From: Bacteroidota bacterium
Lineage (GTDB): Bacteria > Bacteroidota > Ignavibacteria > SZUA-365
DNA: 64,000 nt
Reading direction: 5' to 3'
Assembly (NCBI GenBank): GCA_029907355.1
Contig: JARYLZ010000007.1
Coordinates: 6,275 to 70,274, forward strand
Shown: positions 1 through 8,847 of the stretch, piece by piece
Position numbering within the stretch: position 1 is the first letter of the stretch
Layout: each line of letters begins with the position of its first letter
Program-made: the position numbers and the translations under genes
Notes under the pieces: generated by a model
What the model saw: only the letters and a program-made list of their open reading frames with translations
Database searches by the model: none
Told to the model about the DNA's origin: nothing

Positions 1-878
1 ACGAACGGGGAGAGGGAGCGGTCCTCCGCAGGCACACCCACGCCGAACCGCATCTCCCTCAGCTTTCGGTTCAGCTCGGCAATTTCCGCGCGTTTCAGGG
101 CGGTCTGGGGGTTGTCCTTTCCGAGCGAGCGTTCCAGAATGCCGAGTTCGATCTCTGCCATGGATGCCTGGGCCTTGATCTGCGCGGCCGCCTCGATCGC
201 GCCTTTCACCTGCTCGGGGAGGGCATAGAGACCGTACCGCGCTTGGAATCGCGCGAGGGAGTCCTCCGCAGCCTTCATGTCCTCGAGCGCCTGGGCGTAC
301 CGGCGCTCCACGTATTCGCGGTTGTTCCGTGCCTCTTCCGTTCCCAGACGGACGCTGATTTCGTTCAGCACGTCGACGAACGCGTTCGCCAAAGCGGCCG
401 CACGGGCGGGGTCCTCGTCCTCGACGGCTATGGACACGTTGCCGTTGTCTTCGATCTCGAACGTGCAGCGGCTTCGAAGGACATTCACCGTGCGCTGGAT
501 GGACCCACCGGAAATGTCGTACACCTTGGCGAGGTCGAATCGGCGGGCCACTGCTTCCATCGCCGTGCGGCTCTCGAGGATCGCGAGGTAATTGTACGCA
601 GTCCGCCCCGCCCCAATTTTCCCGAGCATGGACTGGGGGAGGAAATCCTTCGTCAATTGCGAGAGCGTCGAACCGAACGGCGATTCCTGTTTCGGGGGAA
701 CGACCGACGCCGTAGCGCGATACCGGTTCGGGATCAGCAGGGTCGCGGCCCCGACCAGGACCGCGCACGAGAGGACGTTGATCAGAAGGAAACGCTTCCA
801 CCGCGCGAGGACCTGGAGGTACGTGAACACGTTCACCTCGTCGGGCTGCGGTGCGTGCGGATGATCGGCTTCTGTCAT
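1..878 (-). CDS. Wzz/GumC-like polysaccharide chain-length determinant protein; 3' end runs off the window start
   Basis: This gene is absent from the ORF track because it has no stop inside the window. Manual minus-strand translation from ATG (rc of cat at 876-878) gives MTEADHPHAPQPDEVNVFTYLQVLARWKRFLLINVLSCAVLVGAATLLIPNRYRATASVVPPKQ...AEIELGILERSLGKDNPQTALKRAEIAELNRKLREMRFGVGVPAEDRSLSPF. It has an N-terminal TM helix, then a periplasmic region, then coiled-coil, which is a typical Wzz/chain-length-determinant layout. It starts 22 nt downstream of the Wza-like gene. Confidence 0.7.
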   Translation of the reverse strand, partial: MTEADHPHAPQPDEVNVFTYLQVLARWKRFLLINVLSCAVLVGAATLLIPNRYRATASVVPPKQESPFGSTLSQLTKDFLPQSMLGKIGAGRTAYNYLAILESRTAMEAVARRFDLAKVYDISGGSIQRTVNVLRSRCTFEIEDNGNVSIAVEDEDPARAAALANAFVDVLNEISVRLGTEEARNNREYVERRYAQALEDMKAAEDSLARFQARYGLYALPEQVKGAIEAAAQIKAQASMAEIELGILERSLGKDNPQTALKRAEIAELNRKLREMRFGVGVPAEDRSLSPF

Positions 879-900
879 AGGCATTCGGTCTTTGCAGCGG

Positions 901-2793
901 TCAACGGATTTGTCGGACCAGGAGGTAAATCGTCACGACGGAAACGGCCACGGTGAGGAAATCCCGCGCGAGCGTGAAGTAGTAATTGAAATCGCGGTCG
1001 ATCTGTCGGGGCACGAAAATCATATCCCCCGGCCCGAGAGGACCGGACCCTTCATCGACCCAGTTCTTCGTGCCGGCCTTTATGACGCGCGTCTTCCCTC
1101 TGGTCGCCGCCTCTGTGTAGCCGCCCGCACGTTCGATGTAATAGGATTCGTCCTCTCCCGCTACGAACGGCACGTGGCCGGGAATGCGGACTTGCCCGTA
1201 GACGAAAACGGAGTTCCCTGAGGCCGGGATGACAATCTCGTCCCCGTCCTGAAGAAGGACGTCGGCCGTCTTGTCCCCCTCGATGAAAAGACGAATGAAA
1301 TCGACGGAAACCGTGTTGCGTTGGATCGCCTGCTCGTAGGTGAAGTACTCCCGCCGTTCCCTGTCGAGATCCGTCAAACGCATATCCCGCAAACGAACGT
1401 AATCGGGGATTTGCACGAGAGGGTCGAGATCGAGATTCGGGTTCCGCCGGAGGACCATCCCCTCGGCGATGGATGCACGCGGCGTGAAACCGCCCGCGCG
1501 GGCGATGACTTCGGACAACGTCGTCACGTTCTCGACGATCGGGATGTACCCGTTCGTCGCGACTTCCCCACGGACGGCAACGGCATGCACGGTGCGGGGG
1601 AACTTCCGTTCGGGGACGAAAACACGGTCGTTCCGTTCGAGCGGCATGTCGAGTGTCCCGCTCTGAACCAGCCTCCCGTCGAGGCGGGTGAGTTCCCACG
1701 TCGAGTCCGACGGGCGGAATCTGGCGATGATGACGGAATCGACGACCGCGGTTTCCTTGAAGCCTTGGGCGATTCGAAGGAGAAGGCCGACACTGTCGCC
1801 GGGCAGATACTCGAAACTGCCCGGCAGGTTGACCCCGCCGTCGACGCTGACGGTGTTCCCCTCGAGGCGTTCGACGGAAACGTGAACGATGTCGCCGTCG
1901 CGGAGCCGCGGGTTGAAACGGACGTCACCCGTCGCGTAATACCGCAGGATATCCGCGTGCAGGGTGTCGGCTCCGCGGAAGACGAGGATGTTCCGCATGG
2001 ACATGACGGGTTCCTTCGGCGGGGGGGGCACTGTGAAACTCACGAAACCCTCCTCTTCCACGCCGGTGCTCTTCGCCTTCTTCGCTTTTTGCTCCTCCCC
2101 CTCGGGCAGCGTCGCGAGGAAGACGGCTTTGTCGACACGGTCGAACGGAGATACCTCGTAAGTCCCCGGCGCCGTGACGACACCCGTCACATGAACGTGG
2201 AACGTGCGGGGAGCGAGAAGCGTGATCGTCCCGTCCAGCTTGCCGTACTTTTTTCGGATTTCCCCCGATACGGCCTGCTTCGCCTGGGCGAGTGTCAAAC
2301 CGCGGATGGAAATCTCGCCCACCGTCGGGATGATGACCGAACCCTCGGGTGTCACCATCGTCTCGAACGCGGACGACATATCGCCCCAGATATTGACCGA
2401 CACGATATCCATCGGCCCCATGACGTACTCGTCCGCGTTCACCGCGCCGTCGAGTACCGCACCCGCCTCGATGCGCTGGCGGAGGGATGCCGTGGTACGC
2501 GTCCCGCTTGTTTCCGTGTTCATGCCGATGCGGAAACCCTGCCTTTCCTGCTGGCCGGAGAAAGCACGCCGGTAATACTTGTCGAGCTGGTTGAGCCGCA
2601 TGGGCACCGACCCCTGGAGGAAAGGGTTCGGCTCCTCTTTCTCCGCCTTTTTCTGCTGGAGATACGACTCGAGCAACTGCCCGGAAGCGTTTACGGACAG
2701 AACCGCAATCCCGAAAAGAACCGGGAGAAGGTATGAACGCCCTTTCCAGAGGATATCGATTTTCGGGCACCGCCCTTGGAGGATCATGGGCAT
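901..2793 (-). CDS. Wza-like outer-membrane polysaccharide export protein (repeated SLBB-type domains)
   Basis: 630-aa ORF with an N-terminal signal/TM segment (LLPVLFGIAVLSVNASGQ). Repeated soluble-ligand-binding beta-grasp-like blocks (GAVxxPGxY, DGDIVHV, GEVATNGYIPI, GQVRIPGHVPF) are typical of Wza/KpsD/GumB exporters. It is co-directional and adjacent to the Wzz-like gene. Confidence 0.8.
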   Translation of the reverse strand: MPMILQGRCPKIDILWKGRSYLLPVLFGIAVLSVNASGQLLESYLQQKKAEKEEPNPFLQGSVPMRLNQLDKYYRRAFSGQQERQGFRIGMNTETSGTRTTASLRQRIEAGAVLDGAVNADEYVMGPMDIVSVNIWGDMSSAFETMVTPEGSVIIPTVGEISIRGLTLAQAKQAVSGEIRKKYGKLDGTITLLAPRTFHVHVTGVVTAPGTYEVSPFDRVDKAVFLATLPEGEEQKAKKAKSTGVEEEGFVSFTVPPPPKEPVMSMRNILVFRGADTLHADILRYYATGDVRFNPRLRDGDIVHVSVERLEGNTVSVDGGVNLPGSFEYLPGDSVGLLLRIAQGFKETAVVDSVIIARFRPSDSTWELTRLDGRLVQSGTLDMPLERNDRVFVPERKFPRTVHAVAVRGEVATNGYIPIVENVTTLSEVIARAGGFTPRASIAEGMVLRRNPNLDLDPLVQIPDYVRLRDMRLTDLDRERREYFTYEQAIQRNTVSVDFIRLFIEGDKTADVLLQDGDEIVIPASGNSVFVYGQVRIPGHVPFVAGEDESYYIERAGGYTEAATRGKTRVIKAGTKNWVDEGSGPLGPGDMIFVPRQIDRDFNYYFTLARDFLTVAVSVVTIYLLVRQIR

Positions 2794-3081
2794 CTTCTAT
2801 CGTTGGAACTGAAAAAATCGAATAATAGTAATGATTCTCACACCAATTTCCGAAAGAGGACGACGATATGCCCAGTTGCCCCGCACGGTGAACACCGCTC
2901 GAGACCGCCTGCCGACCGAGTGGTGGACCTCCGTGTAAGACGAGGATCGAGTCCTCCGTCATGACCGGAAAATCAAAAACATGTGAATGGGTGGGACCCT
3001 TTTGAAACACTGCTTCCACCACTTTTCGAACGTCGGGTGCGTTTGTGAATATCCGCCTGACGAACGTATATTGATTCGGAT

Positions 3082-3155
3082 GCGCCCTTAGCTTAATTGG
3101 ATAGAGCATCTGACTACGGATCAGAAGGTTCGGGGTTCGAGTCCCTGAGGGCGCG
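3082..3155 (+). tRNA. tRNA-Arg (anticodon ACG)
   Basis: I folded the cloverleaf by hand. Acceptor GCGCCCT/AGGGCGC, D-arm GCTT-AATTGGATA-GAGC, anticodon stem TCTGA/TCAGA with loop CTACGGA (ACG at 3116-3118), T-arm CGGGG-TTCGAGT-CCCTG, discriminator G. CCA is not encoded. Confidence 0.85.
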
Positions 3156-3530
3156 CGAGAAAAGGCTCACTGCGGTGGGCCTCTTTCGTTGAAAAGGGGT
3201 AATTTTCAAAAAAGGGGCGGCAGGAATTCCGTCACGAAGCCGATGACGGGGGGAATCTCGTTTTCACGGTTTACCCGAATCCGGGCAGCCGGGAACTGAC
3301 CTTCCGTTTCCGTTTGAAAGAGGAGGCGGCAGTGCAAATATCGCTCTACGACATTTTGGGAACATTCGTTACGGACATAGCCCTGCCGCACGTGTATGTT
3401 CCGGGAGAATACTTTGCGGCCCTGTGCCTCGACAATGTACAAAGCGGGTATTTTCACGCGGTCCTGCGCGTGAACGAATGCATCTATCGCAAGCTCGTAA
3501 AAATAGAACGGCACTAAAGGAGCATCGGCT

Positions 3531-4368
3531 ATGTTATGTTTCGGAAATAGACTCGCTCTTTTACCCCTGTTGGCTTTCCTGACTACCTCCGTTGCGTCAG
3601 GGCAATGGAGGTAGTTACCGCTCCCTTCGGTTCAAGGCAAGTCAGGATACCGCGCCGGCGGCGCGCTGTACGTGCTGACGAACGGTAAGCTATGTATTTC
3701 CGACTCTGAAAGGACGTAGTGGACACCTATCAGCCGTTTCCGTACGATCGGAACAACCAGATCTACGGGCAGATTTCCGACGATGCACCACGGCAGATGC
3801 TGGTTGCTGCCGCCGATACGATCGTTCTCATATCCTCGTATGGCGACGAGTATTACATCGTGCGCGGCGAAAGTTCAATCCATTCGTCCATGGAGGGCTT
3901 GCAATCGAAAATCAGGCTTGGAGGAGGGCCGTACCTGCTGACAGCGCGCGGAAAGGAAGGTGACCTTCTGCTCTGCCATGACGATCTCTACAGATCGACG
4001 AACAGCGGCGCGACATGGGAGTTGAAGTTTAGGAATCCGAAAAGCGGCTGGAGCTTCGACGTGGGCGCCATAGATGAACGGAATAAAGACGTCCTGTTCC
4101 TGATCGAAGCCCTGAATAATTATGGTACTGTCTATGCAACCTTCGACGACTTCGCAACGTGGAGAATCGTATACGAGAGGGAATAATAAGTGCATGGATT
4201 CCGGATATGCTTGTTTTGCCGGACGGTGTGATCTACGCGGGACCGGATTATTCCGGCGATTACGGTAAGACGTGGACAAAGTACAGGATGGATCCGTACA
4301 AATATCGTTATTCTGAAGACAACAGGAAGTATATCGTAACGACAAAGCGCATGGCGTTTTTGCCATAA
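3531..4368 (+). pseudogene. Disrupted 5' part of a BNR (Asp-box) repeat secreted protein gene
   Basis: An ATG at 3531 opens a signal-peptide-like reading frame (MLCFGNRLALLPLLAFLTTSVASGQWR) that stops at 3614. Frame-2 ORF 3719..4186 contains an Asp-box (STNSGATW). Overlapping frame-1 ORF 4159..4368 contains another (SGDYGKTW). The three pieces lie in different frames separated by stops. This is consistent with frameshift decay, or less likely with sequencing errors. Confidence 0.45.
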
Positions 4369-4596
4369 ACTGCGGCGGAGGACTGTTCTTCAGAGATCTC
4401 GATGATCCAACGTTCCGGCCGACCACGCTGGCATCCACGACCATGGATGAACCATATAGAAATGGCGTTGACCTCGCCTGCGATACGTCCTCTGGAAGAA
4501 TGTTTGCAATAATAAACGATTCACTATGAGTACGATCACGATCAGGGATACAGCAAGGCTCTGCCGCAGAGTCTCTTTGCGGCAGCGATCGCAGCG

Positions 4597-5829
4597 ATGG
4601 CGGCTTATGACCGGCAAGGGGATACTCTGCTGCTTTGCACGCGCTACAGATTTCTTGAAAGTACGGATGCAGGCCGGAGCTGGTCCGTTCCATTTGAAGG
4701 CGGGGTATATAACGCCAGATATGCATCGACATTTTCCAGGCGAACAAAGAATCTGATCTATTTATATAACATTCCGCACTCGTACGATATATTGACAATC
4801 GAAAACGGCAAACGAGCTCAAAAGCGTATATGGGATCCTACCAGCTGCAATCTTGTCTACGATCCTCACAGCGCGGACACCTTTTATGGCGGCATCAATC
4901 GAGTATGGAGGATGACCGATTCGATAGTATCAGGCGCGGATTCAGGCTCCGTGCTGTATGCAGAAAACTTTATCGATAGTCTTCCGATTGCGGAACGCCG
5001 CTGTATATCATTCGATGCGCGGAGGAAGGGCGTCATGCTGCTCGGAGGCCTGGATCCGTACGATGCTCCGTTTCTCTACCGGACGGACGACCTTGGACTG
5101 CGGTGGGAACGCATCAACAGCATCCTGCTCTCTCAGCCACCGCTGGAAATCATCTTCGATCCCGCGGTTCCAAACCGGATTCTGGTAGCGGATCCGACGG
5201 GTGTGTATATCTCCACGGACGATGGCGTTACGTGGGTGTACTGCGATCCGGGCCTCGGCACGAGAAAGACGACGTGCATCGCTCTGAATCCCGACAATCC
5301 CATGGACATCTTTCTCGGAGTCGCCTCGCCGTCGAGAACCGAAGCCATTCCGCAATCGCGAGAGGACGGAGGACGGGTTTGGAGAAGCACGGACGGCGGT
5401 GATACGTGGCACAAGCTTCCGATCGACGGTTTATACAATTACAACATCTCGCAACTGCTCGTGTTCCGCAATCCTCTCCGCATGTTCGTCGGCACTCCAT
5501 GCGGCGCGTACGAGCATATTTTGGACTCGACAAGCTCGATCACACCACGGACGCCGGAGAAGGCGGTTGGCGTCCAGGTTCAGACCTATCCGAATCCCTG
5601 CCGGCAGAGCGTCACGATCAGTTACACGCTCCACGAAAGATCGGATATATGGATCACCGTGTATGACATTCTTGGTAGGGTTGTCTCTTCGAACAGGGAA
5701 AGCACAGTCTTGCCGGGCGTGCATCGGTTTGAGATGAATACATCCGGTTTACGGAGCGGCATGTACACCGTCACACTCCAGACCCGGAGCGGCGTGTCCG
5801 CGAGTACGATACTCGTCGCTCGGCCCTGA
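4597..5829 (+). CDS. BNR/Asp-box repeat (sialidase-like beta-propeller) protein with a C-terminal T9SS sorting domain; possibly the intact 3' part of the disrupted upstream gene
   Basis: Repeated S-x-D-x-G-x-T-W Asp-boxes (STDAGRSW, TDDLGLRW, STDDGVTW, STDGGDTW). C-terminal tail VQTYPNPCRQSVTISYTLHERSDIWITVYDILGRVV...SGMYTVTLQT matches the T9SS sorting-domain pattern (NPF..., x-YD-x-GR-x-V, GxY). Confidence 0.7.
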   Translation: MAAYDRQGDTLLLCTRYRFLESTDAGRSWSVPFEGGVYNARYASTFSRRTKNLIYLYNIPHSYDILTIENGKRAQKRIWDPTSCNLVYDPHSADTFYGGINRVWRMTDSIVSGADSGSVLYAENFIDSLPIAERRCISFDARRKGVMLLGGLDPYDAPFLYRTDDLGLRWERINSILLSQPPLEIIFDPAVPNRILVADPTGVYISTDDGVTWVYCDPGLGTRKTTCIALNPDNPMDIFLGVASPSRTEAIPQSREDGGRVWRSTDGGDTWHKLPIDGLYNYNISQLLVFRNPLRMFVGTPCGAYEHILDSTSSITPRTPEKAVGVQVQTYPNPCRQSVTISYTLHERSDIWITVYDILGRVVSSNRESTVLPGVHRFEMNTSGLRSGMYTVTLQTRSGVSASTILVARP

Positions 5830-5953
5830 TTACAACCCTCTCTCTGATACAGCACTCTTGAAACAACTTTCTTGCCTCATCGAACCTGTGGCCCGATAAA
5901 ACGACGGTTTAGCTCGTATCGTGACGGGGTGTGCCGAGGCCAAGGAGAGAAAT

Positions 5954-6140
5954 AAGAGAAGAACTACAGCTCGATGTCGACGCGTTTCGCCTGTTCGACG
6001 GTAAGATTCAGCCGGAGCTGCGCAGAGAGACTCATGGTGGAAATATCGACGTGACCGAGATGCGTTTGCATGACCTCGACGTTCAGACCTGCATCCATGG
6101 CGACCCATGTCGCTTACGAGTGGCGGAGTCCATGGTACGA
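5954..6140 (-). pseudogene. Tyrosine recombinase (phage-type integrase) C-terminal remnant
   Basis: Minus-strand translation reads IPFLIPFHHSYHGLRHS*ATWVAMDAGLNVEVMQTHLGHVDISTMSLSAQ...RVDIEL*. The H-x-LRHS-x-AT ... LGH arrangement resembles the conserved box II of tyrosine recombinases. It is interrupted by an in-frame TAA and bounded upstream by TGA, and the catalytic Tyr is not evident. Confidence 0.35.
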
Positions 6141-6459
6141 ATGGTGGAACGGGATGAGGAACGGAATTCAAAAGAGAATCGAAGAACAAAGACCAGATGC
6201 GCATATAACTCCGGCCAAAGCCCTCGTCGGGATTCGAAACTGGCGATAACAAGACAACAGTTTCATTAGATCGGGTCTCGAACGATCGCATCCGCGGTCG
6301 TTCGCTCTACGGCCTCTGCCTTCACATTTTCCTCGCGTCGTTTTCAGAGAATCGTGATTACCTTCCGCACGATACATCCCATGCAAAGTTTCGCACCTTC
6401 ACGCGAAATGATTCATGTACCGCGCGGCTCCATATTCCCCCGGGGGACGCCGGCTTCTC

Positions 6460-8847
6460 TCAGCGCTGAAATCCCCCGTTTCCGCGTGCAACTACCTCAC
6501 TCTGCCGGTTATCAACGATATTCTTCTTGGCAGGTTCGGTAGCCTGTCCTTGCGGGACGTATCGCACGAAGCCGTTTCCATCCCACATCTCAAGACGGGC
6601 GAGGCAACTATCCAGGTCGCTCCGGCCCGGTAACCGGGGGAGGGAGCCGCTTTCAAAAAGGGTTCTGCTCAGCCGTTCGAAGCCGCTATCCGCCTCCACC
6701 TCGATGGGATTGAGCGAGGAGTCGAAGCGGTAGAGCAGGTGGGGCCTGCTCGGGTACTCCCCCCGACGATCGACGAGATTCGCTTCGGGAATGAAAACGT
6801 CGAACAACCCGTCTCGCCGAACGCGTAAAACGGCGATCGGTTCAGGGAGATCGTCGACCGCCTGTGCAACCTCCGACCTCGGAAAACGGAGGTAACGATC
6901 GAGTCGTGCAGGCGGCATGGATGGTTCGACCAGCTTGCACGCCCCGATTTCCGGCCCCGTCCCGGTCATGTCGGCCGGGTCGAGAAGCGCGAGTACCGCG
7001 GAACGGAGCCCTGCGTGCGCACCGCACACTACGATGCACTTCCGCATATCGGGTCCGTCCACGACGGCTACGCTTTCCAACGCACCGTGATGGTAGAACA
7101 CCGCCTGCTCCTTCCCTCTGGCGTCGAAGCGATGAAGGAACGAGGGGTAGGACGCGCATCGGGCGATGGCAAGAACGGAAGGGGGTTCACCGGGTGCGAA
7201 GGATCCGACCCAGAGATTCCCAAGGCGGAAGATGGCGTTTCGAAAATCCCTGTCGAGGGTAACGACGGGTTTCCCGATCCTGCTTTCCCATCGCACGGAA
7301 CCGTCGGCGTTATAACAGGACAACCTGTCCGAAAACCCCTTTTCCGCCACAGGGCGGCCGATGAGCACTTCGTTGACGCCGTCCCCGTCCAGGTCGTACA
7401 CCGATGCATAGCGGACGAGTGCTGCGTTACGGCCGTCGGACAGGGCGCGGCCGATTTCCCCGTCGAGGGGCTGGCCGTGACAGACGGGTACGCTCCAGAG
7501 GAGTTTCCCGTTCTTGTTGACGATGCGGAATGTGTTCCCGACGATGCTTACACCGGCGGGGTTGGTATCGAAATCCGCCACGAACAGGAAGTAGCCGACA
7601 CAGAGGAGAGCGAGCATGGATAGGACGGCGACCGCGATTTTACCCCTTCGTTTCACGAGGTTCTTTCGCAACAACTCCGAAGTAGGACGCACACGGGTCT
7701 CGACGGCGATTCGATGGTCGAAGACCTGGCGAAGGGTATTCACCCCGATCACGTGAAGCATGCGTCGGGGGTGTTTTCTCCGCAGGGAATCCGCGAAATC
7801 CCGGGCATGCGCTTCGTTCAATTTCGGCACGACGATTCCGCGGTACGGGGAATAGAAGGCGGCTTGCACCTTGCTCGCGACATGATCATCGGGAAGCATC
7901 GAAACGTGCCCGTCCGCTTCGATGCGGCCGGTGAAAAGCGCACCGCCGCCGATGACGTTATACAAACGTCCTTCCTGAGCCTGAGACCATTCGCAGAGGG
8001 CGCATGCCGAAACGCCCAAACCGAGCGAATGCGCGGGGACGGCGGCAGGCGTCGCACACCTCACCTCGAGCTTCAAACTGTCCGGCATCGGTTCGACGAA
8101 AAGTCTCGCCCCCGCGCTCCGCACCGCTAAGAGCGCCGTCTGGAGTTCCTCGACGATCTCCGTCCTTGCACCGCACGCCGCACCATGGACGAAGCGAACC
8201 GTGTCGCAGGGCGGCTTTTCGTACTCCTTCGAAAGCTTCACCTCGAGTTTCGCAAAGGCGGTGAACGGACGGAAACCCTCGATCATCCCATAGGTCATCT
8301 CGTGCTCGATGGTGGGAATGACGACCGATCCCGGCCGGATGCGGAGAACATCGTTCCAGTCACCCAGGATTCGGGTGAATTCCTCCGCTCGAGCCTCGCC
8401 CCGCATGCGCAGTTCTGCGACGAGGGCAGCGAGCCTCTCATATTCCGTCATCCCCTCTTCGCCGTCGGGGGCCGAGATGCCGGGAACACCCGCTTCCCCC
8501 AGCCAGCATGCGAGGATGCGAAGATCGCGCTTCAACGCTTCGTCCGCCTCGCGGAAATCTTCCTCGTCGATATCGCCGCGGAGTTCTACGGACACGCGGC
8601 GGACGGTGTCGCGCAAACCGTTGACAAAAGAAACTTCGCAACCGATCGGCGAAAATTCGCGGCAGGTCTCGAGCAGGATGGGTGTGACTTCGAGGAGATA
8701 CCTGCGCGTGAGAGACAGGTCACGCACCGCCAAGAGTTGACGCACCCATGAGCGGAGAAGCACCGCTCGGTCGGGCAGACTGTGCGTCAGGAAAAGGAGG
8801 GATTCCTGGACGCGTTGATGGATACGCCGTATTTCGGATGTGTTCAT
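6460..8847 (-). CDS. Large membrane protein with a cytoplasmic alpha/beta-hydrolase (lipase/PGAP1-like) domain, one TM helix, and an extracytoplasmic FG-GAP/beta-propeller-like region
   Basis: 795 aa. Oxyanion-like FVHGAACG and nucleophile-elbow-like AHSLGLG motifs lie in the N-terminal half. A hydrophobic helix IAVAVLSMLALLCVGYFLFVA follows. The C-terminal half carries DLDGDGVNEVLIG (FG-GAP/VCBS-like) and several Gly/Asp-rich stretches. Confidence 0.6.
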   Translation of the reverse strand: MNTSEIRRIHQRVQESLLFLTHSLPDRAVLLRSWVRQLLAVRDLSLTRRYLLEVTPILLETCREFSPIGCEVSFVNGLRDTVRRVSVELRGDIDEEDFREADEALKRDLRILACWLGEAGVPGISAPDGEEGMTEYERLAALVAELRMRGEARAEEFTRILGDWNDVLRIRPGSVVIPTIEHEMTYGMIEGFRPFTAFAKLEVKLSKEYEKPPCDTVRFVHGAACGARTEIVEELQTALLAVRSAGARLFVEPMPDSLKLEVRCATPAAVPAHSLGLGVSACALCEWSQAQEGRLYNVIGGGALFTGRIEADGHVSMLPDDHVASKVQAAFYSPYRGIVVPKLNEAHARDFADSLRRKHPRRMLHVIGVNTLRQVFDHRIAVETRVRPTSELLRKNLVKRRGKIAVAVLSMLALLCVGYFLFVADFDTNPAGVSIVGNTFRIVNKNGKLLWSVPVCHGQPLDGEIGRALSDGRNAALVRYASVYDLDGDGVNEVLIGRPVAEKGFSDRLSCYNADGSVRWESRIGKPVVTLDRDFRNAIFRLGNLWVGSFAPGEPPSVLAIARCASYPSFLHRFDARGKEQAVFYHHGALESVAVVDGPDMRKCIVVCGAHAGLRSAVLALLDPADMTGTGPEIGACKLVEPSMPPARLDRYLRFPRSEVAQAVDDLPEPIAVLRVRRDGLFDVFIPEANLVDRRGEYPSRPHLLYRFDSSLNPIEVEADSGFERLSRTLFESGSLPRLPGRSDLDSCLARLEMWDGNGFVRYVPQGQATEPAKKNIVDNRQSEVVARGNGGFQR

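Larger units (their letters stand above)
3156..6300. mobile_element. Putative tRNA-Arg-associated islet (lower GC) carrying decayed BNR/T9SS-sorting-domain cargo genes and a tyrosine-recombinase remnant
   Basis: Composition drops visibly from about 3.2 to 5.0 kb compared with the roughly 65% GC flanks. The coding sequence is broken by frameshifts and stops. A short integrase-like C-terminal fragment sits at 5954-6140. I did not locate an att direct repeat by eye. Confidence 0.4.

Noticed and set aside
243-956. Plus-strand ORFs 243..956, 277..591, 592..864 and 892..1221
   Set aside because: They are antisense to the coherent Wzz-like minus-strand gene, Arg/Pro-rich with low complexity and no motifs. 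They are high-GC artefacts.
1321-2736. 471-aa plus-strand ORF
   Set aside because: It is antisense to the Wza-like gene and has an Arg/Glu/Asp-biased composition with no domain signature.
5830-6291. 153-aa minus-strand ORF and 112-aa plus-strand ORF across the integrase remnant
   Set aside because: Neither frame carries the integrase-like residues. Those lie in a third frame interrupted by stops. These ORFs are incidental.
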